DNA of 63,603 nt, counting the filler, from Collodictyon triciliatum (Eukaryota), in assembly GCA_043381765.1 (NCBI GenBank). It is 4 parts of 4 records of this genome, joined end to end, with 100 filler letters (N's around TTAATTAATTAA, not from the genome) between each part and the next. Parts side by side here need not be neighbours in the genome. Positions count along the whole stretch, not along the records: positions 1 to 14,914 come from JBHJMP010001756.1; positions 15,015 to 29,914 come from JBHJMP010001757.1; 2 more parts are not named here. The stretch is one strand, 5' to 3'. This document shows positions 1 to 18,862 of the stretch, piece after piece. The position numbers and the translations under genes were made by a program. Under the pieces are notes generated by a model. It was not told the DNA's origin. It saw nothing but the letters and a program-made list of their open reading frames with translations, and did not search any database. How positions within the stretch are numbered: the first letter of the stretch is position 1; each line of letters begins with the position of its first letter.

Positions 1-101
1 TTTGTTTTGTTTTGTTTTGTTTTGTTTTGTTTTGTTTTGTTTTGTTTTGTTTTGTTTTGTTTTGTTTTGTTTTGTTTTGTTTTGTTTTGTTTTGTTTTGT
101 T
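1..101. repeat. (TTTTG)n intronic microsatellite
   Basis: Directly visible. Confidence 0.95.
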
Positions 102-145
102 TCATCCGCAAGTGATGAAGTAATACAAACATTTGTCAATTCCAG

Positions 146-5444
<5,299 letters not shown>

Positions 5445-6037
5445 ATGCTGGTGGGCGGTTACCATCTCATCCACACACACACACACTTTTTTTTTCGTTT
5501 TTATTATATTTCTTTCAAGGGATGGATGATTTTCAAGAGAATACAGAGATAGAAAAATAATAACAATATTACATTCGCCGCTGGCGCGAGTATCAATTAT
5601 GTATTCTGGCGAGGACGGAGCGTGGGTGTTCCGTCTTATGTGCGATGCCAACCAGAATCACTAAGTATCTTTTTGGGAAGGGAACGTACCTTTCTTTTCG
5701 TTTTTAGAAGGAAAAAAAATTATTTTTTTTTTTTTTAATAACGATGCATCTCTGGGTTTCTTTTTCTTCATCTTTCGAAATGGATGTTTGCTGAACTTTG
5801 CATAATTGTTTGGTTCAGAAAAATAATCGAAAAGACATCCCATAAACACTTTGATTATCACCGATGAATCATATTATCCTATTTCCCCCTGCTTGGAACA
5901 GAAAGAGACAGAGACGAGCGAGAAAATCGTGGGTTTATTTTTGTATGTTTTGTTGCTCTTTTTTTCTTCTCTTTTTTCTGCTGGTTATGTGATTGCGTGT
6001 TTGCATGATTGTGTGATTGCATGATTCGCCTTTCCGC

Positions 6038-6445
6038 TTAACTCCACACGTCCAGCTGCATGCGCCCGTCCTTAATCATGGCCTCCACGTACGCCTTGGA
6101 AGCTTCTTCGTCGATGGCGGCAAACTCGGAGATGATTTCAACCAGTGCGCTGCGCACATCACGAGCCATGTTGAGAGCCTCTCTGTGCGGTTGAATAATT
6201 GGTTATGACGTTGTGCTCGTTGTTTTTAAAGATATATATATGAACAAGTGTTTGAAAGAAAAAAATTATGATGTCTTTTGAGGAGAAATAATGGCGATAG
6301 GTAATCACAATCCGCATATTATGTTTTTATCATAGTGATTCAATGTATAAAAGAAAGAGGGAAGACATGATAATTGTGAAGATATGGAATAAAAACAAGT
6401 AAATGCATAACCATGGGTCGAGATTAACGTAGAAAAGAGAGTGAA

Positions 6446-6530
<85 letters not shown>

Positions 6531-9500
6531 GAATCACAATAGGACTATAGTATGAAACGAGAAAGAAAAAATATTTGGAGGCACAAACCCGCAAATGTAG
6601 AAATAGCCCCCTTGAGTGTATATGTGCTTGAATATGCTTTCTTTATTTTCCAGCATCTTGTGCTGAACGTATTGCTTCTTTTCAGACTGCGGTTCGAAAG
6701 AATTGGGGGAAATAATCGTTAATTGAAGTGTTGATATTTTAAATTTTGCTCAACAGATTTGCGTTGCTTTTCAATTACTCTTGAAAGAGTCTGCATTATT
6801 GCATAAGGGTGAGAGAGCAATGGAAAAAAAAAAGGAAGAAATGGATACATTTAAAAGAGCAATTTGAGAATGAGAAAACCTCTCGCGAGAAAGCAACGTG
6901 GAACTCTGTCAAGGTACCGTCGCGTGTGTAACTTAATAACTCGTCTTCATAGATAAAATCAATTTCACGGTTTCGGCAACCAAAATACAGAATGGTTGGC
7001 CCGACGCTTTCTGGTCCATCTGAATTGCAAGGAAAAACATCAGGTATAGGAAATGTACCGCGTCCTTAATTATTCTCTTAATCTTAAAAATCATCAAGAC
7101 ATGACACACATACAAAGGAGAATATAAAGTAAACTAAAAAAGAGTTGATTTAATTAAATGATATATCTGGTGTAATACTTTTATACGTCATGAGTATGGA
7201 GATGGAGACGGATATGATAAAAAAAAATTTTGGGTTTACTTTTCTTTCGGAGTGCGTGTCTATCCTGGATGAATCCTCTGAAGGGCGCAATCCCAGTCCC
7301 CGGGCCAACCATCACAACAGGAAGAGTGGTGTCCTTCGGGAGTTTGAAGGTGGAGTGGCGCACTTGGCACTTGACGGTGACAGGTTTGTCGATTGTGGAA
7401 ACGGGCAAGCGAGTGAAGTAAGACGTGCAGACGCCAAGCTTCTCTTTGCTAATGGGCGATGTGTACTGAACAAGTACCGCTGTCAGATCGATGCTGTCGG
7501 GCGAAAGGATGTTAGAGGAGGAGATAGAATAGTATCGGCACTGGAGCGGGCTGATGACTTGCAGAAACGTCTCGAGGGGCAGCTGCACACTTTTGTGGTC
7601 CTCAAGGACATCCAGAACACTTCGAACGTCATCTTTGATGTATTTCGTGTACTCTATCTGCGTTTGGGGTGATCATTTCTTTCATTATAGTTTTTTAAAT
7701 AAAGTTGTCTTCTATTTTCTTTTGAATAGCTATGAGGCGTACCTTGGCCTCTTCGGTGGTGGAAGCGAGCAGGCTAAGATGCGCTTTTTCTTTTGGGTCG
7801 GAGGCAACTTCGGCGAGCGCTTTCAACACAAGTCGGGAAGCGGGCTGAGTCAGGTCGCAGTATTTGGTGAGAGCCTCTCTGACAGTACACGGAGTTGGGA
7901 AGGGAGACTCATCTATGTGGCCAGTTATTTCGATATAATTGATAATGTTTGTTAAAAGAGTGTCATTAGCCTGCCGGTGCGCATGTATTTTTTTTTTTAA
8001 GAAGAAGAAGAAGGATTACAATAGTAAAGAAAAGAATAAAAACAAAAATAAAACAAAAATAAAGATTCCAAGGTGTAAAAATAACGTACCTGCAGAACCT
8101 AACTCTCTCGGACGAAGGGAAAAGAATGCATCCAAGTCATATCCGAGCCTCGTTGCGTATGCCTCCACAATATTGGAAGAATTATGAGGGAAAACTGTCA
8201 GATGGTCGCCAGTTTCATATCTGCATAAATATTTGATTTCAGAAATGGTCATTATTTCACGTCTTAAGAGCGATTTAAAAATTTCATAAGTCAAAAACGC
8301 AAATTAAAAAAAATATTTCACGAAGATTATTTCATCCCGGTATTTAATAATGCACTAATGTATATGTATATGGTTTATCATCGTGATCAGATTACTTTAA
8401 TCCACTCTCTTTACAGTCGACTGTAACGTGTCTACACGAGCGGTCCGACTTTGAAGAATGCAATTCACGATTTTCAATCACTTTGGCGTTGACGGCCGAG
8501 CGAAGCCTTATATCGACACAGCATTTTAGCAGATGTGTTCAAAAGAAAACAAAATGATTGTTATATTCTAAAATTATGCATACAAGTGAGGTTCATTTGC
8601 TCCAATCTGGAGTGTCTCATCATTGGGATGGATAAAGAGTTTGAATGCTGTGGTTCTGTTCATGAGAGGGGAAAATACATTCCATTAGATATTCGTCCGA
8701 GTTTGTGCATACCATCACCGACAAAAAATATGGAACAAAAAATGGTATATACTACAAGAAAAATAGGGGGAAAATAATAGGAAACGGAGCGATGGATATT
8801 ATGCGTATATGTGCATATTTAGTTGAATCATACACTTTATCTCCACCAACTGGTTCGCTGCTTATTCCGAAGTGTCGGCACACTGCAGGCCACATTTTGT
8901 CCTTCCAGGTCAGAAAATCTTCCTCGATGCTTTACAGTTTTAAAAATTGGTTTAATCCAAAGCATGGATTATAATCGCGGCTGTGACAATATGCGAAAGT
9001 TCTCATGTGTGTATCCAATAGTGGAGAAGGAGAAGGAACATAGTCTACTTTGCATCGTCATCGCCTTCGCCTCTTTGGAATAGCGACTTTGCTCCAAGAG
9101 CACTCAAGCGGGCATCAATAGCTCTACTGAAAGCATTGAACTGGTCATATGTTTTGTTTCCCAGTCCAAATATCTGTTCCGGCAGTAAAGCATATTTAGA
9201 GTATGGTAAGAAAAAGAAATAAATCAGGAAACAAAAAGAAAATTGCTCAAATCGACGATTATGATCACTACGTATATTGCAAGATAACATACGGCATATT
9301 CAGTGTTGCGGAGGAAATCACTCTGGCGTTCATCTGATTTGAGCCAGTTCCAAAATTCACGGGCATTGTCTGTCGGTTCACCTTCTCCATAAGTTGCACA
9401 CACAAAAAAGGCAAGCTTAACATCCTTCAGTTTTTCCTATTATTCAATTTTCATATTAAAGTGCAGTATTTGGTTTTATTTGCGTTGTAGCTCTTATGAT

Positions 9501-10578
9501 ACACATATATTTGAGAGAAAAAAGGAGGAGGGAAATCATCGATTTTGGTATCATCTCTGAATAAAGATTTGATATTATGTGGTTTTACTTTGTTCATATG
9601 TGTATTTGTGTGAATTGAATGACGATCATAAACATCACAATATTTCGCTTTAAAAGTGAACCTTATCATAATGCTCCATATCGATGACTTGCGGAACAAA
9701 ATTGTAGGCTTTTGATTCCTGTGCGAGTCTCTTTGAGAATTGCTCGGCAGTTCCTGTTTGCGATGCATAGAATATCTTGAGTGGAATCCCGGTTCCGTCC
9801 TGAGTCTATTGGAATAAATATCACTCTTGATTTCAAATACTTGTTTCTGATTCATAAAATATAGCCAGGTGTAAAAAGAATGACACTAATTGGCAATAGA
9901 AAAAAGTAAAGAAAGTAAAGAAAGGAAAGAAAGAACAGAAAGAACAGAAAGAACAGAAAGAAAAGAAAGAAAAGAAAGAAAAGAAAGAAAAGAAAAAAAG
10001 AAAGAAAAGAAAGAAAGAAAGGAAAGAAAAGAAAGAAAAGAAAGAAAGGAAAGAAAAGAAAGAAAAGAAAAGAAAAGAAAGTAAAAGGCTACATAATTCA
10101 ACCCCGTACCTCTTCCGCAACGACCTCCTTTGTCTTTGGCTTTATTTGACCACTGCATTGAATATACATATATGGTTATCCATTTTGAATCGAATAAAGG
10201 GGAAAAGGTAGTTACATATATATATATATATTCAAGTAAAGGGCGAGAGCAAATCACTTAATATGAATAGAAGGGTTGGTTCTCTTTTCTTTTCTTTTTT
10301 TTCGTTAATATTTGGGGAACTGATTCGCAGGTTTCATATAAACGCACTGCCGGTCTGCGACAAAGTAAGAAAAGCTGCGGCAGCCTTTTGAGGAGAACTG
10401 GAGGATTTTGGTGAAGCGGGGGCGAGATGATCAAGAGCAAAAGTCACGTTGGCATTGTTGCGCCGGTTGCTGCAGTTGCGGCGATCGGCCGAGCTGCGTT
10501 GCTGGATCGTGACCGATAGTAGAGATAGATCAACACCAACGCCGTTGTTGGGATGACGATGTATGAATAGTCAAACAT
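6038..10578 (-). CDS. POR: NADPH-cytochrome P450 reductase (multi-exon)
   Basis: N-terminal membrane anchor MFDYSYIVIPTTALVLIYLYY, flavodoxin motifs IFYASQTGTAEQF, ATYGEGEPTDNA and FGLGNKTYDQFN, FAD motif RYYSISSS, NADPH motif MVGPGTGIAPFRGF. C-terminus ...GRMQLDVWS* (TAA at 6038-6040). Confidence 0.93.
6446..6530. repeat. (AAT)n intronic microsatellite
   Basis: Directly visible; similar AAT/TTA tracts at about 27485, 34129, 42858, 50653, 53704 and 61163. Confidence 0.95.
9905..10080. repeat. Degenerate 9-mer (GAAAAGAAA)n intronic repeat
   Basis: Directly visible. Confidence 0.85.
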
Positions 10579-11561
10579 CCTCGCTTTCTGGCCAAGCTGG
10601 AAGAAAACACCCAGTTTCTCTGGCTGAATCATGAAATTGATAAGCATACTTATAAACAAAGGTGTAGTAGGAGTAAAAAAAAATAAAATACAATGATAGT
10701 ATAAAATAATGATAGAGCTCGGAATTCGCTGTCAACGCTCTCTCGCTCTTCCTTGGGTGTAGTCTTCTGCCGCTTTTGTATTTCTTAGACTTGGAATAGT
10801 TCTTTTCAACAGAGTTTTTTGTTTTGCTTTTTTGTAGGATGGAATCGCGAACGCTGGGGGGACTTGATTTGCGTGTGGCTTTGATTCATCCGGAGCATTA
10901 CTTCGTGGACAAGAAATCTGCATACTTGTTATGGATATAGATTGGTGGGGTTTTTCTTGTTCCTGGGATTTTGAAATTCCCAGAATCAAATAAGATTGGA
11001 AATTATACATTTATATGAAATTTTCAAGCTTAATAAGAATAGTTTGCGTATGCATTGAATAATTAATGTGAATATTTGTATAATTACTTAATTATAATTT
11101 CAAAGATGCATTGATAAGGTGCGTTGGTGGCCAATTTAGGATATGTCTACTAACTCGCCTAAAATGCATCTTTGATGGATACATAATTGTGGAAATTACA
11201 ACCCACTTCATTTCTTCGCTTGCAATGGTGACGACAGATCAAGTCATCCAACGCACTTCCAAACCTTCACGCACCGCGGCATAACAAAGTCACGTAAAGA
11301 ACGAAAACCGGCCTTTTTTCAAAGATCGTCTACCTGCTTCGATTTCTGCATTTAACTTCCCTCTTATTTATTTATTTATTCATTTATTTATTTATTTATT
11401 CATTACTCTCCTTACTGAGCCCAAGGCGTCCCACATTCCAACCTTCCCCAAAGATCCAGATCAAAACCACGACCGAAGCCCACCCCACTTGATTCGCCTT
11501 TATCATCATTTATCCACACACAACCCACCAGGAAACAGCAGCCAGGAAGAAAGCAAGCGAC

Positions 11562-13515
11562 ATGTCCAACATCCTTTTGCCCATTTCGCACGTGGAGGCT
11601 GTGCACGGAGTCAAGGAGCTCTCGCACAAGGATCTGCAAGTCTTTGTCGTGTCCACAAGCGGAACGCGCCGCGCTTTGACGGACCCCACAATAGTCGGAG
11701 ACGCATACATGGCGTGTCTGCAGCAAAGCGCCGTTGCATTCATGCGCTCGGCTCATTGGCAGCAGCTGATTGATTCGGCCGAGCAGCATTTGCGTGCGCA
11801 GGACGAGACGCAGCGGCTGTCGGACAAAAACATCAACGTCCTCACCATTCTGCGCGGGGGTCTTTCCTACTCCATTCGCCAGGCACTCGCAGGCATCGGC
11901 ATTCAGCGCCCGCGGAGCTCCTTTATCAGCGCCCAGCGGAATGAGATATCGGCTGGACTGTTCCGTGTTGATGATGCAAGCTACACAAAGTTTACACTAT
12001 CCAAGGTGGATTCTATGTTTATGCTTATGTTTCAGTTTTAGTTAATGTTGATGTTTCAGTTTTTATTTATAATTATAATGTTTATGTTATTTTATTTGTT
12101 TAGAGTATACGTGAGTTATTCCTATTACAAAATCTACTCTCGCACTTTGAACATTTTTTTCTCTATTTGTGGAGGTTTCTATTTGATGACAGCTTATTTA
12201 TCATCATGTCGTTCAGATGGAAATATGGATGTACATCGTGTCTTCCTTTGTTTGAAGTTAACTCTGATCACATTCTTCCTTGATATAGTTTTTCCCCTCC
12301 ATCGTGGTCATTTCAGACGTGGTTGCCTCCGGGACAACATTGCGATATTGTCTGAGAAACCTGGCCAGAGAATGCAGAGAAGGGCGGTTCAGAGTCAGTC
12401 ACATTGTGCTCATGTGTGTGGGATGCAGCCACGCGATAACAATACTTCAGGAAGAGGGAAATACTCTAATGAGAGAGGCCTGTCAAGACTACGTCGGCTC
12501 ATATTGTGTTTTTTATGAAGGTTGCATTTGAATTAGCCTAGCAACTTTATTATGTATACAATTTTCTGTCCATCGCTTTTTTCCCGATTTTTAATAATTT
12601 TTTTTAATAAAAATGAAGCGTCGGTGATGTAAACTCCCAAAGCACTACAAAAATGTTTAAGAATGGGTTTCGTTATCCCACTTTTTTTTTTTGTTTAGAG
12701 TGTGTTTATAGTCATTGAATTGTTATGTAGTTATTTTATTGTCCCCTTTTTTGGTTTCATTCTGGCACTTAACATGGAGTGATTTATAGGCATATTTTCT
12801 TTGTCATCCTCGGCCAAGCTCCATAATCAAACATCAGGAACCGACCTTGTTCTGTTGAATTCCCGCCTTTCTGAGGAATTCAAACACTATCTCACTCACG
12901 AGACAAGTAAGCCACCGAACCATACTCTCTTCTCATAATATTTTAACTTGATTTTAAATTCTTTTATGAACCATGGCCAATCGTTTATCGCATTGCACAT
13001 GACCCAGCCAAAGACCCTTTGCCCATACACACCCGTTGGCTAAAATATCCATTTCTAGCATCTATATTGTCCATGCTACAGAGATGTGTTACTTATGATG
13101 GAGCAAAAAGGGCATTTTCTCCGAGTGAGCATTTTGATGAAGTCCATCTTTACTTTCGGGGAATGAGAGAAATAATCAGAAAGGGCCAGGTGCGTCAACG
13201 GAGAAGAAAAGCGGAGCAGAATATTAATAATTATACTTAGCTGCTATAACTACCCAATATATAACTCCACACTTGTTCAATTAATACCATTGCATGATGA
13301 AGAGACGAATGGTGTAGCATGAACATATAATCAAGAATGTAAACCCAACTAACTTGCCTTCTCAGATAACACCGCTGGATTTACTGAATGAAAGATGGGA
13401 GGAGACACGCACTTGCCTCTCAGAGCATTGCAAACGAGAACTCAATGATGTTCCATCCTTTCTGGCAAAGCTGGACAGATACATTAAGCTCTTGGAATTG
13501 GAAATCAACATATAA
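11562..13515 (+). CDS. Divergent type-I phosphoribosyltransferase-fold protein (UPRT-like motifs), ~5 exons
   Basis: Exons at about 11562-12005, 12289-12520, 12790-12906, 13059-13188 and 13365-13515 splice in frame. Motifs VLTILRGG (UPRT-like ILRAG) and PRPP-loop-like VVISDVVASGTT. Stop TAA at 13513-13515. Confidence 0.62.
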
Positions 13516-14914
13516 TAAGTTTCCTGCGTAGTTATGGATTCATGGGGCACCATCTCAATATAAAAATAAAACAAGAGAAATAAAGCCTCACTAGCCCCAA
13601 CGATGGGTAGCAAGTCAAAGCTAAAACCTCAACCATCTTGCACAACTTGAAAGGGAGAATAAATAAATATAACAATCGCTTTTTGTCATAGTCGCCAAGG
13701 CAAGAAACGCAAGGAAAGTGAACCGTTATCTCTTCGAAAGACTCATCCTGTGGAATGAAATAGGATGTAAACCTTGTCTGAGATATACAGTTGAAAGGAC
13801 TCGTTGAAATCGATTTTTAAAGTAACTGCCATGCGTACTTTCATCGACCCGATACCTTTATCTGCTCTTCTGTCAGTCTTGAATACAACCAGAAATTGCG
13901 TTGGAGCTGATTCACCTTAGGTAGAATAATCTGCGTTTGAGAACACTTTCTCTCCTTTCTACTTTGTTTTTTTCTTCCTTCTTTCTTCACTCAAAACACA
14001 AATACTCCAACCACACAATCCGGGATTTTTCCTCTGCCTCATCCACAGCTAATTTTTGCATACGCACCAAAAAATTCTTATTTATGTATGTGACTTCCGT
14101 CGACAAAGAAATGAGAATATTTCTAATAATTAATTATCCAGATTAATATACTTCCAAGAGCAACACAAAACTGGAAAAATGTATGTTCGTGTGTCTCCCT
14201 CAGTTTTGCCGTGTGGTCAAAGTAACTGCATCATCTTCCAATCAACCTGGCCTGGCGCGAGTTAGAAGAGTGCTGGGAAGAATCTTTTGCATGATGAAGG
14301 ATTCGCGGTTATTCTAAGCCAAAGACAACAACTCCAGTTCAGGGGCAACTTGCCTACCCTGACTCACTCCCATATCAGATCAATGTTTCCTCCTTCTCGC
14401 ATGTTCTTTCATTGTGGTGGAACTTTCAGGCTGCCGCAAATATTTTTGAAGTGAAAGCACAGAGTAGGCTGGAAACAGTGTCCAATCGCTGACCTATCCT
14501 TTCATTTATGCAAGCTCGATCTAGATGAATCATTTGCCGCTCTGGACAAATACAGAGACACATATCTATATCTAAATCCCTCTACGCTCTGTGATTTCTT
14601 TTTCTTTTTTGTCATTAAATTTCTATCGGAAGTGATCCTCAAAAACAAAAACCAAACCAAACCAAACCAAACCAAACCAAACCAAACGAAACAAAAGCCA
14701 AACCGTACCAAACGAAACAAAAGAAAAAGCCCAAACACAAAAAAGAACAAGAACAAGTAAAAAAAAAAAATATAAAAATAAAAAGGATTCGCTTACCGCG
14801 ATCGCTGCTCTAAACGCTATTGCACATGTCACCACTACTCGACTTCTTTGTGAGCTGCACTTCCCTTTTCTTCTTTTTTTTTTTTTTTTTGTCTTTTTTT
14901 TTTTTTTTTTTTTT

Positions 14915-15014
14915 NNNNNNNNNNNNNNNNNNNNNNNNNNNNNNNNNNNNNNNNNNNNTTAATTAATTAANNNNNNNNNNNNNNNNNNNNNNNNNNNNNN
15001 NNNNNNNNNNNNNN
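14915..15014. other. Assembly linker (N44-TTAATTAATTAA-N44)
   Basis: N runs flank a 12-mer with stops in all six frames; identical structure at 29915 and 50532. Confidence 0.95.
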
Positions 15015-15692
15015 TTTTCTTTTTCTTTTTTCTTTTTTCTTTTTTTCCTCTGCTAAGAAACGGCGTCTCCGATTCTTCGGGCGAACGAAGTGGCTCCAGA
15101 TAAGCTTTTCGCTGGTGAGAATTATCGTTCCCGATGCTGCACAACCTGCCAATCTTCTCGTGCTTCCCTTTCGGATGAAATTTGGTGTTGATAACAAAAA
15201 TCCTGACAGACGTCCCATGGAATCGATATCCCACCGCCATATTAGAAAGCAGTTGCGACTTAATCTGCTGGATGCGAGACGCAATCCACTTGTTCTCAAA
15301 AACAATCAGACTGGGAATCAGCACAACTCATGGCTCTGGTGATCTTATCGGTAGGATGATATGACGATGTAACGGCGCAGAAGTCAACATGCCATCTAGC
15401 CAAGTCCGATGCCATGTGCGAATCGACAATCCCAGCTATAGTAATGTTGTGTTGGAGCTGACAAAATTAAAGATAACAGTTGTTCATTACTGTGGTTGTA
15501 CGAAATTCATCATAAGCTTTACAAAATTATATTTCCACGTATCTTATTGCATATGCGTGCGTTCAAATCATGCTACTGCGCTCTGGTAAACAATTAATCA
15601 TATCTTCCACATATAAATTTCTTCAAAAGGAAAGTATGGTATGATGAAACCGATCCTTCCTTAATTGGAATCCTTCTGGAAGCATGATGAAA

Positions 15693-15707
15693 ATTCTAGA
15701 AAATTCG
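15693..15707 (+). promoter_or_regulatory. Candidate heat-shock element upstream of BiP
   Basis: aTTCtaGAAaaTTCg is three alternating nGAAn units; a TTCtgGAA at 15674-15681 and a TATAAAA at 15829-15835 lie nearby. Confidence 0.45.
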
Positions 15708-16063
15708 GTCGAGCCCAGCTTCCAAACAGAATGTATTCTGTCCCCACTCTAAAAAATAGCGTCCCCTGTAAATCACACATATAAACTTATGTACGCGCAT
15801 TGAGTCATAAATTCACAGCCAGCGTGGATATAAAACAAAACAGCAAAAGCAAGAGTCAACCACAGCAAGATTCTGGTAGGAGTGACTGGCCGTGTTATCG
15901 TTAGGTAAACAAAGAGAGGCCGTGCTATGAGAGGCAATTATCGCGATCACCTGAATATGGACGTAAATGCAGAGAACAAAAACAAATGTAGCAGCATTAC
16001 CTGGAGACTGGAGTTATTCCTCCTCCACAAAGAACTCGTCCTAACAGGAAAACTTGCACTAGA

Positions 16064-18862
16064 ATGAACTTTCGACTCTTCGCTGCCACCTTTGCAGCGC
16101 TGTACATCGTCTTCCTGGCCTTCCCCGTCGCCGTGAAGTCCGAAGAAGCCAGTGAGCATCCAAACACACAATCACAACCTCCTTGATCCCTCCCCTTATT
16201 CACTCCTTCCTCACGAGCGATCCCAGTTTCACGGAACCAAAAGCCGTCTTCAATCGAGCACAACACGCGACCTTCTGTCCTTACACAGTTTATTCCTCGC
16301 ACATAGTCGGCTCCGTCATCGGTATTGATCTGGGAACCACATACTCGTGTGTTGGTGTCTTCAAGAACGGACGCGTGGAGATTATCGCCAACGACCAAGG
16401 AAACCGTATTACCCCCTCATATGTGGCCTTCACAGAGACCGAGCGTCTGATCGGCGACGCCGCAAAGAACCAGGCCACCGTCAACCCCACAAATACCGTC
16501 TTCGACATCAAGCGCCTGATCGGTCGCAAGTGAGTCTCCCACCTGCCTGGCAGTAACTCCCCTTATTCTCCAGCGCTGCCTTCTAAGCAGCCACATATCC
16601 GGCACCACAAACCATGTGACCCTACGACATAAGAAACCATGACTTAACCGTATGCGGCCTCGTCAGGTTCACTGATCAGGACGTCCAGCGCGACATGAAG
16701 CTCCTGCCATACAAGATCATCAACAAGGAGGGAAAGCCCTACGTCTCTGTCATTGTCAAGGGACAAGAGAAGATCTTCTCGCCCGAGGAAATCTCAGCCA
16801 TGATCCTTGTGAAGATGAAGGAAACCGCCGAAGCCTACCTTGGCAAGACCATCAAGAACGCCGTCGTCACCGTCCCGGCCTACTTCAATGATGCCCAGCG
16901 CCAAGCAACAAAGGACGCAGGCACAATCTCCGGCCTCAACGTTCTCCGCATCATCAACGAGCCCACGGCCGCTGCCATTGCATACGGTCTGGACAAGAAG
17001 GACGGCGAGAAGAACATCCTTGTTTTCGACCTTGGAGGAGGAACGTTCGATGTCTCCATTCTCAGGTATCAACCCCGCTTCTCTGAGCGACAGTTCCCTA
17101 ATTACGCCCTCATCATTCACATTGACATAAACCCAGAGCTGACATTAAAACCTCACACTCACATATCGATATGCAGCATTGACGACGGAGTCTTTGAAGT
17201 CTTGGCCACCAACGGCGACACCCACTTGGGAGGTGAAGACTTTGACCAACGCATCATGCAGCACTTCCTTGGCATCTTCAAGAAGAAAACCGGAAAGGAC
17301 GCATCAGTTGACAAGAAGGCGCTTCAGAAGCTCCGACGCGAAGCCGAGAAGGCCAAGCGCGCTCTGTCGTCTATCCACCAGACCAGAATTGAGATCGAGT
17401 CCTTCTTCGATGGCCAGGACTTCTCTGAAACCCTGACCCGCGCCAAGTTCGAGGAGCTCAATCTGGACCTCTTCAAGAAGACACTCACTCCCGTCGAGAA
17501 CGTCCTCCGCGACGCCAAGCTGTCCAAGTCTGAGATTGATGAAGTCGTCCTTGTTGGCGGCTCCACTCGTATTCCCAAAGTTCAGCAGCTACTTAAGGAC
17601 TACTTCGACGGAAAGGAGCCCAACAAGGTAAATTAGTCTCAATTATAAGCCTAATCTCCTATCACACGGAACTTGTACCCTAAAAATGCCCGGCATAATC
17701 GAATGCTTCTTACCGAGACACAGTCACCACTCTGTTAACCCGTTTACTCGTGACATGCGTGCAGGGAGTCAACCCCGACGAAGCTGTCGCCTTCGGTGCA
17801 GCTGTCCAGGGCGGTGTTCTGAGCGGCGAGGAATCCACCAAGGAGGTCGTCCTTCTGGACCGCACACCCCTGACCCTCGGCATTGAGACTGCCGGCGGCG
17901 TCATGACCAAGCTCATCTCCCGCAACACGCCCGTCCCCACAAAGAAGTCCGAGGTCTTCTCCACATACCAGGATAACCAGGACCGCGTCCTCATCCAGGT
18001 CTTTGAAGGAGAGCGCTCCATGACCAAGGACAACCACCTCCTCGGCAAGTTCGAGCTCACTGGCATTGCTCCGGCCCCACGCGGCGTGCCCCAGATCGGT
18101 AAGCAGCGCCACCGAGATGCATGTCCTCTCACTCGCCTGTGTCCATGCACCGCTTCTTGATGTCGAATATTTATTGGTATCAACATACATTCGACATCAC
18201 TTCTCATCTTCAATTTGCAGAGGTCACCTTTGCCATCGATGTCAACGGCATCCTCAGCGTCTCCGCCACTGACAAGGGCTCCGGAAAGTCCGAGTCTGTC
18301 ACCATCACCAACGACAAGGGCCGCCTCAGCGAGGAGGACATCCAGCGCATGGTCGAGGAGGCCGAGAAGTACGCCGAGGATGACCGCAAGGCCCGCGAGA
18401 GAGTCGAAGGTATTTTCCTCCCTAGACATATCCACACTTCCCAACCCCCTATCGCAAGCAACAAAAAGAGAAGGCGATAGATTCACCAGCCTAGCCTCTC
18501 TTCAGTAACGAACAAACTGGGGCTCCCGTGTCTACCTCTGCGAGCCAACCACACTTCCCTACTCACACACACGCACGCACACAGCAAAGAACGGGCTCGA
18601 GTCGTACATCTTCCAGGTGCGCTCCACCCTGAGCGACGACAAGTACAAGGACAAGATCGACTCGGACGACCGCCGTGAGGTTGAGGACGCACTCAGCGCC
18701 GCGTCCCAGTGGGTCGACAGCAACGCCACCGCCGACAAGGACGAGTTTGACGAGAAGCGCAAGGAGCTCGAGCAGGTTGTCTCCCCCATCATGAGCAAGA
18801 TTCACCAGGCCGCCGGCGCATCCTCCGGCGACAGCGGCGATGACTACCACGACGAGTTGTAA
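16064..18862 (+). CDS. HSPA5: ER Hsp70 chaperone BiP/GRP78, 7 exons
   Basis: Signal peptide exon [29 protein letters not shown], then [52 protein letters not shown] and C-terminal HDEL* ER-retention signal. Confidence 0.97.

Noticed and set aside
14959-14970. TTAATTAATTAA palindrome repeated three times (the first two exactly 15000 bp apart), suggestive of TTAA-target transposon sites
   Set aside because: Always centred in 44+44 N runs, so it is an artificial six-frame-stop scaffold linker.
16290-18850. Long antisense and alternative-frame ORFs over BiP
   Set aside because: A known by-product of GC3-biased Hsp70 codon usage; no independent motifs.
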